A DNA stretch of 64,000 bases from Pseudomonadota bacterium (GTDB lineage Bacteria; Pseudomonadota; Alphaproteobacteria; Sphingomonadales; CAKZYD01): the NCBI GenBank assembly GCA_049324415.1, contig JBMOOS010000012.1, positions 16,851 through 80,850 of the forward strand, in the 5' to 3' direction. Positions 8,177-15,934 of this stretch are shown piece by piece; positions within the stretch are counted from its first letter, which is position 1, and every line of letters begins with the position of its first letter. The position numbers and the translations under genes are program-made. The notes under the pieces were generated by a model, which did no database searches, had not been told where the DNA came from, and was given only the letters and a program-made list of their open reading frames with translations.

Positions 8177-9244
8177 TCACTGGTCGAGGCCAAGGAGGGC
8201 GCGCATGCCCGCGACGCTGAGCCAATCGTCATTGCGGTCGGAGGAATAGGTGAAATCCTCGGCGACGCTGACCGCCCCTTGCGCTTCGTAGGAAACCCGG
8301 CTCCACCAGGCGAAAGCGGGCTCGATGACGTAGCGCCCGTCGAGCTCGATGGTGGTGCGGGCGTCATCGAGCGGCACCATCACCTCATGCAGCTTCTCGC
8401 CTGGACGAATGCCAACGATATGGGTTTTCATCCCCGGCTTCAGCGCCTCCACCAGGTCGGTGATGCGCATCGAGGGGATTTTCGGCACGAAGACTTCGCC
8501 GCCGTTCATCATCACCAGCGACGACATGACGAAATCGACGCCCTGCTCGAGGGTGATCCAGAAGCGGGTCATGCGCGGGTCGGTGATGGGCAGGCTGTCC
8601 GCGCCTTCCCGCAACAGCTTTTGGAAGAAGGGCACGACCGAGCCGCGGCTTCCCACCACATTGCCATAGCGGACCACGGCAAAGCGGGTGCCGCTTTCCC
8701 CGGCAAGATTGTTGGCGGCGACGAAAATCTTGTCCGAGGCAAGCTTGGACGCGCCGTAAAGGTTGATGGGGTTGGCGGCCTTGTCGGTGGACAGGGCGAT
8801 GACCTTCTTCACCCCGGCCCGGATCGCGCCGTAAACCAGGTTCTCCGCCCCCAGCACATTGGTGCGGATGCATTCGAAGGGGTTGTACTCGGCCGCCGTC
8901 ACATGCTTGAGCGCCGCCGCGTGGATGACATAGTCGACGCCGCGCAGCGCCATCTCGAGCCGGCGGCCATCGCGCACGTCGCCAATGAGATAGCGTAAAG
9001 TGCCTTCATGGGGCCGGAAGGCGGGATCGCCTTGCATTTCATATTGCTTGAGCTCGTCGCGCGAATAGATGGCGACGCGGCGCGGCTGATAGCGCTTGAG
9101 CAAGGTGCGGATGAAGGCCTTGCCAAAGGACCCCGTGGCGCCGGTGATGAGGATATTGGCGCCGTTGAAGATATTGGCGCAGGCGGGATTCCAGCCCTCC
9201 ACCGCTTCGCTGCGGCGTTTATTGTCCACTCGGTCCATGCCCAT
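8177..9244 (-). CDS. pseB: UDP-N-acetylglucosamine 4,6-dehydratase, inverting (PseB/FlaA1 family)
   Basis: FNGANILITGATGSFGKAF...YSRDELKQYEM and extended-SDR features. First gene of the six-gene operon. Confidence 0.88.
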   Translation of the reverse strand: MGMDRVDNKRRSEAVEGWNPACANIFNGANILITGATGSFGKAFIRTLLKRYQPRRVAIYSRDELKQYEMQGDPAFRPHEGTLRYLIGDVRDGRRLEMALRGVDYVIHAAALKHVTAAEYNPFECIRTNVLGAENLVYGAIRAGVKKVIALSTDKAANPINLYGASKLASDKIFVAANNLAGESGTRFAVVRYGNVVGSRGSVVPFFQKLLREGADSLPITDPRMTRFWITLEQGVDFVMSSLVMMNGGEVFVPKIPSMRITDLVEALKPGMKTHIVGIRPGEKLHEVMVPLDDARTTIELDGRYVIEPAFAWWSRVSYEAQGAVSVAEDFTYSSDRNDDWLSVAGMRALLGLDQ

Positions 9245-9397
9245 GGAAAAAACCCACTTTCCTGATGGCGCGGCGCGCCGTCGTTTTTTGCGTTCGCCAA
9301 ATCCTTGCCGATCGAGGTAAATAATCGCTTACCAAAAGAGCGTGCGGCCAAGGGACGCATGCTGTTGCGGCCACGGATCAATGTTAACGGGACGGCC

Positions 9398-10438
9398 ATG
9401 GCTCATATCCTCATGCGCTGCGACGGCGATGCCACCATCGGCCTTGGCCATGTGATGCGCTGCCTCGCCTTGGGCGAGGCCTTGCTCGAGCAAGGGGCGG
9501 AGGTCACTTTTCTATGCCGGCGCTGCCCCGATCCCATCGCCAAGCGAATCGGCGAAGCGGGCGCTGCGATTGAATATCTCGCCAGCGCGGGCACGGCAGC
9601 GGAGGCGGATGAGGTGATCGCTGAGGCGCAGGCGCGCGGCGCGGCGGCGGTGGTCATCGACGGCTATGCCTTCACCCCGGACTTTTTCGCGCGGCTTGAC
9701 GCAGCGCCGGGGTTGCGGCGGGTGGCGATCGACGATCTGATGCTGCCCGCCTGTCGCCAGGCCGACCTCATCGTCAACCAAAATCCCCATGCCAGGGCTG
9801 AGGACTATGCCGGATGTCCGGGACGGCTTCTTCTGGGGCTTTCCTATGGCATCCTGCGGCGGGAGTTTCGTGGCGGCGCCCGGCCGGAACGGCGTTTCGA
9901 TCAGCCGGTGCGCCGGGTGCTGATCTCGTGCGGCGGCGCCGATCCCGCCAATGCCACGACGAGCGCCATCCAGGCGCTCGACGCCATGGCGTGCGACGCT
10001 TTGGAAGTGGTCGCCCTCGCCGGCGCGGCCAATCCCTTCATGATGGAGCTCGACGGCGCCGCCCAGTTGTCGCGCCATGATGTGGCCATCGTGCGCAACA
10101 CCGCCGCCATGGCCCATGTCATGGCCTGGGCGGATATCGCCATCGTCGCCGGCGGGACGACGCTGTGGGAATGCGCTTGGGCAGGGTTGCCGACGCTGGC
10201 GCTCATCGTCGCCGACAATCAGGCGCCGGGGGTCGAGGCTTTCGCCCGCGCTGGCGGCGTCATCGCCCTTGACTGGCGGCGCAACGCCGGGCCGGGGCGC
10301 GTGAAGGACGCTTTGGCGCCGCTGTTCGCCGCGCCGGCCTTGCGCGCCCGCCTGTCGCAGACCGCCGCCGCGCAAGTGGATGGCCTTGGCGCGGCGCGGG
10401 TTGCCCGGGCGGTGCTCGATCTTGCCGCGCCACCATGA
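9398..10438 (+). CDS. pseG: UDP-2,4-diacetamido-2,4,6-trideoxy-beta-L-altropyranose hydrolase (PseG-like)
   Basis: ILMRCDGDATIGLGHVMRCLALGEALLEQG N-terminus is typical of PseG. Divergent from pseB. Start trimmed to ATG 9398. Confidence 0.75.
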   Translation: MAHILMRCDGDATIGLGHVMRCLALGEALLEQGAEVTFLCRRCPDPIAKRIGEAGAAIEYLASAGTAAEADEVIAEAQARGAAAVVIDGYAFTPDFFARLDAAPGLRRVAIDDLMLPACRQADLIVNQNPHARAEDYAGCPGRLLLGLSYGILRREFRGGARPERRFDQPVRRVLISCGGADPANATTSAIQALDAMACDALEVVALAGAANPFMMELDGAAQLSRHDVAIVRNTAAMAHVMAWADIAIVAGGTTLWECAWAGLPTLALIVADNQAPGVEAFARAGGVIALDWRRNAGPGRVKDALAPLFAAPALRARLSQTAAAQVDGLGAARVARAVLDLAAPP

Positions 10439-10444
10439 TCGCCA

Positions 10445-10933
10445 TCAGATATGAGCGTCGAGCGCCAGCGTCGTCGGCTCGCGCACCGTCTTGCCGATCT
10501 GGGCGTCGCGGCCATAGGACGGCACCGGGCGCTTGCGCCGCTCGATTTCATCGCCGATCGCCTGCATGAGACCCTCGCTCACCGATTTCAAGCGCTCGAT
10601 CAGGCGGCGGTTGCCATCGAGCATCTTGTGAAACTCCTCGGTCGCCGCCTTGAGCGCAAGGCGCAGGGATTTGTCGACGCCGCCAAGCTGGCTTTTATGG
10701 CTGCGGATGACGCCGAGCTCGGTGGCGTATAGTGCGGAAAGGCGGCTTTTCTCGCCCGCCAGGCTCTTGATCTCGCTGGCCCGCCGCTGGCGCAGCCATT
10801 GGTTTTCCTGATCGAGCAGCCGGGTCAGGGATTGCGTCACCTGCAGAAGATGACGCACCCGCTCGCTGAGCATGGCGGCGCTAAGCTGTCCGCAGGAACC
10901 GCCGGCCGGACCTTGTCTTTCATGCTGGGTCAT
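10445..10933 (-). CDS. flagellar protein, FlgN-like; occupies the position of Caulobacter FlbY
   Basis: 162-aa helical protein whose start overlaps the stop of the rod-binding gene by 1 nt. Assignment rests on synteny (flgI-cheL-flbY) rather than on recognised motifs. Confidence 0.45.
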   Translation of the reverse strand: MTQHERQGPAGGSCGQLSAAMLSERVRHLLQVTQSLTRLLDQENQWLRQRRASEIKSLAGEKSRLSALYATELGVIRSHKSQLGGVDKSLRLALKAATEEFHKMLDGNRRLIERLKSVSEGLMQAIGDEIERRKRPVPSYGRDAQIGKTVREPTTLALDAHI

Positions 10934-11241
10934 TACGCAACCTCCTGAAATTTCAGCATTTCCCGCTGGAGGGCATCGGCCACGCCAATGCCGCCGCGCT
11001 GGACCATGGCGACGCCGTATTCCTCGATCATCAGACTGCGGTAGAGCTCTTCGGAAGAACCCCCGCCGAACGGCCCGTCGACGGACAGGCCGGAAAACAT
11101 TTGCGACAGCATCTGGGCGATGAAAATCGCTTCATAGGCCTTGGCCGCCTCTTCCGCTGTCGCGGGCCTGCGGGCGCCGGTGCCGCCAGCGATGCCGCCA
11201 AGGCCAGCGATATTGACGGCGGGGGACGCGATCATGCTCAT
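10933..11241 (-). CDS. rod-binding protein (FlgJ N-terminal domain-like / CheL)
   Basis: 102 aa. AAKAYEAIFIAQMLSQMF...LYRSLMIEEYGVAMVQRGGIGVADALQREM is the rod-binding family pattern. Its start overlaps the flgI stop. Confidence 0.8.
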   Translation of the reverse strand: MSMIASPAVNIAGLGGIAGGTGARRPATAEEAAKAYEAIFIAQMLSQMFSGLSVDGPFGGGSSEELYRSLMIEEYGVAMVQRGGIGVADALQREMLKFQEVA

Positions 11242-12374
11242 CAGATCACCTCCAGCTCCGCCTGCAAGGCGCCTGCCGCCTTCAAGGCCTGGAGGATGGA
11301 AATCATGTCGCGCGGACCGACGCCCAGGGCGTTGAGGCCATCGACCAGGTCTTGCAGGCTGACGCCGCCGTCGAGCACCGCCAGGCGGCGTTCTTCGCCA
11401 GCGTCGACTTCGACGGTGCTGCGGGGGACGACCACGGTTTGCCCCTGTTGGGCGAAGGCGTTTGGCTGCGAGACTTGCGGGGTCTCGGTGATGCGGATGG
11501 TGAGGTTGCCTTGGGCGATGGCGACCCGCGAGACCCGCACCTCGGCGCCGATGACGATGATCCCCGAGGATTCGTCGATGACGACGCGCGCGGTCTGGTC
11601 CGGCATGACTGTAAGCTGCTCGACCTCGGTCATCAGCGAAACCATGTCGCCGGCATAGGCGGCGGGACGCTCCACCTTGACCGTCGAGGGGTCGAGCGAG
11701 GTCGCGACGGCGCCGCCGAAATAATCGTTGATGGTGCCGGCGATCCGCCGGGAGGTGGTGAAATCGGGGTTGCGCAAGGCAAGGTTCATGCTTTGCATGC
11801 GGTTCAGCGCGAATTCGATTTCCGCCTCGACGATGGCGCCGTTGGCGATCCGCCCCGAGGTGGGCACCCCACGGGTGATCGAGGTCGCGTCGCCCTTGGC
11901 GCTGAAGCCGTTGACCGCGACCGCGCCTTGGGCGACGGCATAGACCTGGCCGTCCAGCCCCACCAGCGGCGTCACCAGCAGGTTGCCCCCGGTCAGGTCG
12001 GTGGCATCGCCCAGGGTCGAGACCTGCACGTCGATGCGCGCGCCGCGGCGGGCGAAGGGGGGCAAGGTGGCGCTCACCGTCACTGCGGCGACGTTGCGGG
12101 TTTTCATGGTGTTGTCGCGAATGTTGACGCCGAGGCGCTCCAGCATGGCGACAAGGGTCTGCTCGGTGAAGGGCGAGTTGCGCAAGGTATCGCCGGTGCC
12201 GCGCAAGCCCACCACCAGCCCATAGCCGGTCAGTTGATTTTCCCGGACATTCTCGAAATCGACGATATCCTTGATCCGCGATTGCGCGCGCGCCACGCCA
12301 ACGCCAAGGCTCAGCATAAGAGCCAGCGCCATGGTCAATAGCGCGTTAACGATTTTTCCGAACTTCTGCGTCAT
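11241..12374 (-). CDS. flgI: flagellar P-ring protein FlgI
   Basis: Signal peptide, then SRIKDIVDFENVRENQLTGYGLVVGLRGTGD and C-terminal LQALKAAGALQAELEVI. ATG 12374 chosen because the sigma54 -12 element lies only 11 nt from the TTG at 12422. Confidence 0.92.
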   Translation of the reverse strand: MTQKFGKIVNALLTMALALMLSLGVGVARAQSRIKDIVDFENVRENQLTGYGLVVGLRGTGDTLRNSPFTEQTLVAMLERLGVNIRDNTMKTRNVAAVTVSATLPPFARRGARIDVQVSTLGDATDLTGGNLLVTPLVGLDGQVYAVAQGAVAVNGFSAKGDATSITRGVPTSGRIANGAIVEAEIEFALNRMQSMNLALRNPDFTTSRRIAGTINDYFGGAVATSLDPSTVKVERPAAYAGDMVSLMTEVEQLTVMPDQTARVVIDESSGIIVIGAEVRVSRVAIAQGNLTIRITETPQVSQPNAFAQQGQTVVVPRSTVEVDAGEERRLAVLDGGVSLQDLVDGLNALGVGPRDMISILQALKAAGALQAELEVI

Positions 12375-12431
12375 GAATTCTGTCACCGCTTGTTGCAAAG
12401 CCAGGGAAGCAGCTTTCCTCAAATTTCCTCA

Positions 12432-12447
12432 AGCGAAATTCATGCCA
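12432..12447 (-). promoter_or_regulatory. sigma54 promoter TGGCAT-GAATT-TCGCT for the flgI operon
   Basis: GG-N10-GC spacing is correct on the minus strand, about 59 nt upstream of ATG 12374. Confidence 0.6.
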
Positions 12448-12462
12448 ATGGGAGTTATTGAT

Positions 12463-12475
12463 TAAGTGGTTGATT
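12463..12475 (-). promoter_or_regulatory. IHF-consensus match AATCAACCACTTA
   Basis: Exact WATCAANNNNTTR on the minus strand, centred roughly 45-50 bp upstream of the transcription start implied by the sigma54 promoter. Confidence 0.45.
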
Positions 12476-12522
12476 TCTATCGTGTCTATGGTCAATAGAC
12501 AGGCGGACGGCGGGACCCTGAT

Positions 12523-12560
12523 GGCAAGGCTTGCCGGGTGGTGGGGCAAAGCTTGCCGGG
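12523..12560. promoter_or_regulatory. two tandem palindromes GGCAAGGCTTGCCGGG / GGCAAAGCTTGCCGGG (candidate bEBP/FlbD-type enhancer)
   Basis: 15/16 identical 16-mers with a 22-bp period, each GGCAA-N3-TTGCC. They lie 76-113 bp upstream of the flgI sigma54 promoter and 32-69 bp upstream of the fliX ATG. Confidence 0.5.
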
Positions 12561-12591
12561 AATGATGCAGCATCGGTGACCGAGGTTTGAC

Positions 12592-13011
12592 ATGAAAATA
12601 GAAGGGCCAGGACGCATCACGCCGGCAACGCCCGCCAAGCGCCGGCACGGCGCGCGCGCCGGGGGTTTTGCCGATGCCTTGGGCGCGGCGGGCGAGGCCA
12701 AACCCGCAGCGCCGCCGCGCGCCGCCGCGCCCACAGCGTCGATCGATGCCTTGCTCTCGATGCAAGGCGTTGACGATGCCACCACCGGCCGCTCGCGCGG
12801 CCTTGCCCAAGCCCATGGCCTGTTGGAAGGGCTGGAGGCGCTGCGCCGCGGCATCTTGGCCGGGGTTGTCCCAGCGCCGCAGTTGCGCGCCCTTATTTCC
12901 CGCATCAACCACAATCGCGATATGATCGTGGATCCGCAACTTTCGGAAATCATTGCCGAAATCGACCTGCGCGCGCGGGTCGAGCTGGCTAAGCTCGGCA
13001 TTGCCTTGTAA
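12592..13011 (+). CDS. fliX: flagellar assembly regulator FliX
   Basis: 139 aa. C-terminal GLLEGLEALRRGILAGVVPAPQLRAL...DPQLSEIIAEIDLRARVELAKL fits the FliX family. Divergent from flgI as in Caulobacter. Confidence 0.8.
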   Translation: MKIEGPGRITPATPAKRRHGARAGGFADALGAAGEAKPAAPPRAAAPTASIDALLSMQGVDDATTGRSRGLAQAHGLLEGLEALRRGILAGVVPAPQLRALISRINHNRDMIVDPQLSEIIAEIDLRARVELAKLGIAL

Positions 13012-13157
13012 CAATCTTGCCGCTTGCGGGGGCAGGGCCCAGCCATTATAAGGACCGGCGCTTAAGGGTCGTTTTAGGAAATTGCTTAGACAATGCGTCT
13101 AGGCTCGCCGGCGGCCCTGACAGTTAAGAATTTTGGGGAAATGGAGAACTGGCTGGA

Positions 13158-13580
13158 ATGAAGTCCGAAATTAACATGCCGGCCGACTATCGGCCAAGCA
13201 TGGACGAAGATTTCATGAATCCGCGGCAGTTGGAGTATTTCCGCCGCAAGCTGTTGCAATGGAAAGACGAGATTCTCCGGGAATCGCAGGAGACGCTGCA
13301 GACCTTGCAGAACGAGTCCCTGCGCGAGCCGGACATCGCCGATCGGGCTTCCTCGGAGACCGACTGGTCGATCGAGCTGCGCACCCGCGACCGCCAACGC
13401 AAGCTGATCGCCAAAATCGATTCCGCCCTTAAAAGGATCGAGAGTGGCGAATATGGCTATTGCGAGGTCACCGGCGACCCCATCAGCCTGCAGCGGCTGG
13501 ACGCGCGGCCCATCGCCACCATGACGCTGGAAGCCCAAGAGCGGCATGAAAAGATGGAAAAAGTCCACCGCGACGATTGA
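13158..13580 (+). CDS. dksA: RNA polymerase-binding transcription factor DksA (zinc-finger-degenerate type)
   Basis: Coiled-coil tip DIADRA and C-terminal YGYCEVTGDPISLQRLDARPIATMTLEAQERHE. Only 1 of the 4 canonical Cys is retained. Confidence 0.9.
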   Translation: MKSEINMPADYRPSMDEDFMNPRQLEYFRRKLLQWKDEILRESQETLQTLQNESLREPDIADRASSETDWSIELRTRDRQRKLIAKIDSALKRIESGEYGYCEVTGDPISLQRLDARPIATMTLEAQERHEKMEKVHRDD

Positions 13581-13634
13581 TAAGGCGCGGGTCGTGTTCT
13601 TTGCGCGGCTGATCTTTGATCCCCCGAAAAATGG

Positions 13635-13671
13635 CAAGGGTTGATCGCGCGTTTTGTGCGACCAACCCTTG
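13635..13671. terminator. 9-bp-stem hairpin CAAGGGTTG-N19-CAACCCTTG between convergent dksA and flgH
   Basis: Read directly. No clear U-tract on either strand. Confidence 0.4.
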
Positions 13672-13705
13672 TGCTTCCACGCTTGGAGGTTGGGAATTCC
13701 TTTTC

Positions 13706-14512
13706 CTAGAAGGGGAAGAGGGCGTCGAAAAGCTGTTGTCCGTAGCGGGCTTGCTGCACGTCGGTGAGCTGGCCGCGTCCGCCATAGGAAATCCGGGCTT
13801 CGGCGATCTGGGTGTGCTTGATGGTGTTGTCCTGGGCGATGTCCTGCGGGCGGACGATGCCGACGATGACCAGCTCGCGCATCTCGAAATTGACCCGCAC
13901 CTCTTGCCGGCCCTGGATCATCAGATTGCCGTTGGGCAGCAATTTGGTGACGATGGCGGCGACGGTGAGGTTGATGTCTTCCGAGCGCTGCACCTCGCCG
14001 GTGCCGACCGAGGATGAATTGCTTTTGCCCTTCACCAGGCTGGTGGGATCGACGGCGTTGGGAAGGAAGCTGTTCAATTTGCTTTCCAGGCCGAACAGAT
14101 TGTCTAGCCCGGCATCCTCGGAATTGGCCCGGGTGCGGCTCGTGGTGTTGTCGACCTGGGCGCTGTCGGAGATGGCGATCTTGACGGTCAGAATGTCGCC
14201 CACCTGATTGGCCCGCTGGTCGCGGAAGAAGGAACGCGCCCCCGTGCGCCACAAGGACATGGCCTGGCCTTGGGAGAACGTTGGCGGGACTTGCCGCACA
14301 GCCAGATTGGGACGGGTCTGGACTGCCAATGGTGCGCCGATGGACGATTCCGCCTCCGGGGCCGAGACATCGCCAATGGGGGTAAGCGCTGGCGCCCTGC
14401 CGATATTCTTCACCCTTTCCAGGGTGGCACCGCAAGCGCCAAGGCTGAGGCTGGCGACCAGCCACAACGCGCATTTTGAAAGCCGGGAAGGGAAGGTGCT
14501 GGTGCTCCGCAT
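13706..14512 (-). CDS. flgH: flagellar L-ring lipoprotein FlgH
   Basis: Lipobox LSLGAC, then ...LWRTGARSFFRDQRANQVGDILTV...RISYGGRGQL. ATG 14512 preferred over TTG 14536. Confidence 0.92.
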   Translation of the reverse strand: MRSTSTFPSRLSKCALWLVASLSLGACGATLERVKNIGRAPALTPIGDVSAPEAESSIGAPLAVQTRPNLAVRQVPPTFSQGQAMSLWRTGARSFFRDQRANQVGDILTVKIAISDSAQVDNTTSRTRANSEDAGLDNLFGLESKLNSFLPNAVDPTSLVKGKSNSSSVGTGEVQRSEDINLTVAAIVTKLLPNGNLMIQGRQEVRVNFEMRELVIVGIVRPQDIAQDNTIKHTQIAEARISYGGRGQLTDVQQARYGQQLFDALFPF

Positions 14513-14542
14513 GGGTTTTGGTCCTATCGCTTGCAAGGATTG

Positions 14543-15031
14543 TCAGTTGGTGGCGAGGAGGCCGAGGCGCACGGGCGCGGCGACGAGGACGAGGTTGGGC
14601 CCCTCGATGCGCCCCTCCACCACCTGCCGGGTATCGACATTGAGGAGGCGGATGGTCTCGCCCTGCGCGCCGTTTTCCTGGGCGCGGCCCTGCGCCGTCA
14701 ACATCAGGGCGCCAAAGCGCAGCACCATGGTGACGAGGGCGTTTTTGCGAATCATTGCCGGGACCTCGACGTCGCTATGCCGCAAGGGCAGGCCTGCTTT
14801 GAGCCGGCGCCGCGCCGCCATGTCGACGAGCGCCGCCTTGTCGCGGACGATGTTGCCGCGCGCCTGGCCATCGGAGATGGAAATCCAGCGCAAGTCTTGC
14901 TCCGCGATGACCTCGCCGGTGGCAAAATCCTGGCGCAAGACCGGGACCGCGACTTCGGCGCTGGCGGCGGTGGCGAGCCACAGGGCGGCACTGGCAAGCA
15001 GCGGGCTCAACAAGAGGGCGGACAATTTCAC
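14543..15031 (-). CDS. flgA: flagellar P-ring assembly chaperone FlgA
   Basis: 162 aa with a signal peptide. The ...GETIRLLNVDTRQVVEGRIEGPNLV SAF-like C-terminus and its position between flgG and flgH support the call. GTG start with a GGGAGAG RBS. Confidence 0.8.
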   Translation of the reverse strand: MKLSALLLSPLLASAALWLATAASAEVAVPVLRQDFATGEVIAEQDLRWISISDGQARGNIVRDKAALVDMAARRRLKAGLPLRHSDVEVPAMIRKNALVTMVLRFGALMLTAQGRAQENGAQGETIRLLNVDTRQVVEGRIEGPNLVLVAAPVRLGLLATN

Positions 15032-15052
15032 GGCGGCTCTCCCTTAAGGCTT

Positions 15053-15120
15053 AGAGCGTTTTCAGCAAAACTGTGAACGGCTTTGCGGTTTGAAAACGCG
15101 ACAAATCAGGACCTCTAGCG
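15053..15120 (-). repeat. copy B of a 67-68 nt structured intergenic element (flgG-flgA spacer)
   Basis: The reverse complement is 60/68 identical to 27833-27899. Contains a GCGTTTTC...GAAAACGC outer stem and a GCAAAGC...GTTTTGC inner stem. Confidence 0.8.
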
Positions 15121-15900
15121 CAGGTTGGAGGTGACGCTCATCATCTCGTCGGCGGTGGTGATGACCTTGGAGTTCATCTCATAGGCCCGCTGCGCGGTGA
15201 TGAGGGCGGTGATCTCCGCCACCGGGTTGACGTTGGAGGTCTCGACGAACCCCTGGCGCACGGTGCCAAAACCGACATCGCCCGGCACCCCGACGACCGG
15301 CGCGCCGGAAGCCGGGGTCTCGGCCAGCAGGTTATCGCCTAGCGCTTCCAGCCCGGCATCGTTGGGGAAGGTGACGAGCTCGACCTGGCCGATGAGCTGA
15401 GGCTCGATCTGTCCAGCGAGCTTGACTTGGATTTGCCCCCGTTCGTTGATGGCGACGTCGATGGCGTCGGGCGGTACTGTCAAGCCCGGCGCCACGATAT
15501 AGCCGTCCGGGGTGACGAGCTGGCCCACGGGCGACAGTTGGAAGGAGCCGGAGCGGGTATAGGCGTCCGTGTTGTCGGGCAGGGTGATGCGGAAATAGCC
15601 GCGGCCATTGATGGCAAGATCGTAAGGGTTCTTGCTTTCCACCAGGCTGCCTTGCTCGGTGATGCGGTAGATGCTGCCGGTCTTGACGCCGACCCCGATC
15701 TGAATGCCGCTGGGCAGGATGGTGCCGGCGTCCGATGAAGTGGCGCCGACACGCTCGATATTCTGGTAGAGCAAGTCCTGGAATTCCGCCCGCTGGCGCT
15801 TGTAGCCGGTGGTGTTCATATTGGCGATGTTGTTGGAGATGACCTCGACATTGAGCTGTTGCGCCAGCATGCCGGTGGCGGCGGTAGAGAGGGCTTTCAT
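15115..15900 (-). CDS. flgG: flagellar distal rod protein FlgG
   Basis: MKALSTAATGMLAQQLNVEVISNNIANMNTTGYKRQRAEFQDLLYQ and C-terminal ITAQRAYEMNSKVITTADEMM. Confidence 0.95.
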   Translation of the reverse strand: MKALSTAATGMLAQQLNVEVISNNIANMNTTGYKRQRAEFQDLLYQNIERVGATSSDAGTILPSGIQIGVGVKTGSIYRITEQGSLVESKNPYDLAINGRGYFRITLPDNTDAYTRSGSFQLSPVGQLVTPDGYIVAPGLTVPPDAIDVAINERGQIQVKLAGQIEPQLIGQVELVTFPNDAGLEALGDNLLAETPASGAPVVGVPGDVGFGTVRQGFVETSNVNPVAEITALITAQRAYEMNSKVITTADEMMSVTSNLR

Positions 15901-15934
15901 CTTGGTTTTCCTTTCACGTCCTGGGCTTGCGCGG

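Noticed and set aside
5299-8367. N-terminal extensions of ORF-track entries (5299-6252, 6083-7252, 6979-8367; likewise 37147-38634, 55721-57256, 57460-59259, 61445-62812)
   Set aside because: The extensions are Arg/Pro-rich, overlap the upstream gene and precede internal ATGs. Those ATGs have an RBS or a stop-start overlap and match the expected family N-termini, so the starts were trimmed.
12458-12474. TTGAT-N7-TTGAT direct repeat, first considered as a degenerate CtrA box in the fliX-flgI spacer
   Set aside because: Neither half is TTAA. The same bases are better explained as an exact IHF core match on the minus strand, placed correctly upstream of the flgI sigma54 promoter.
13641-13660. 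TTGATCGCGCGTTTTGTGCG, a partial resemblance to the 5' part of the repeated 67-nt element
   Set aside because: Similarity is limited to about 14 nt with an indel. The rest of the element is absent, and the sequence is the loop of an unrelated hairpin. Probably coincidence.
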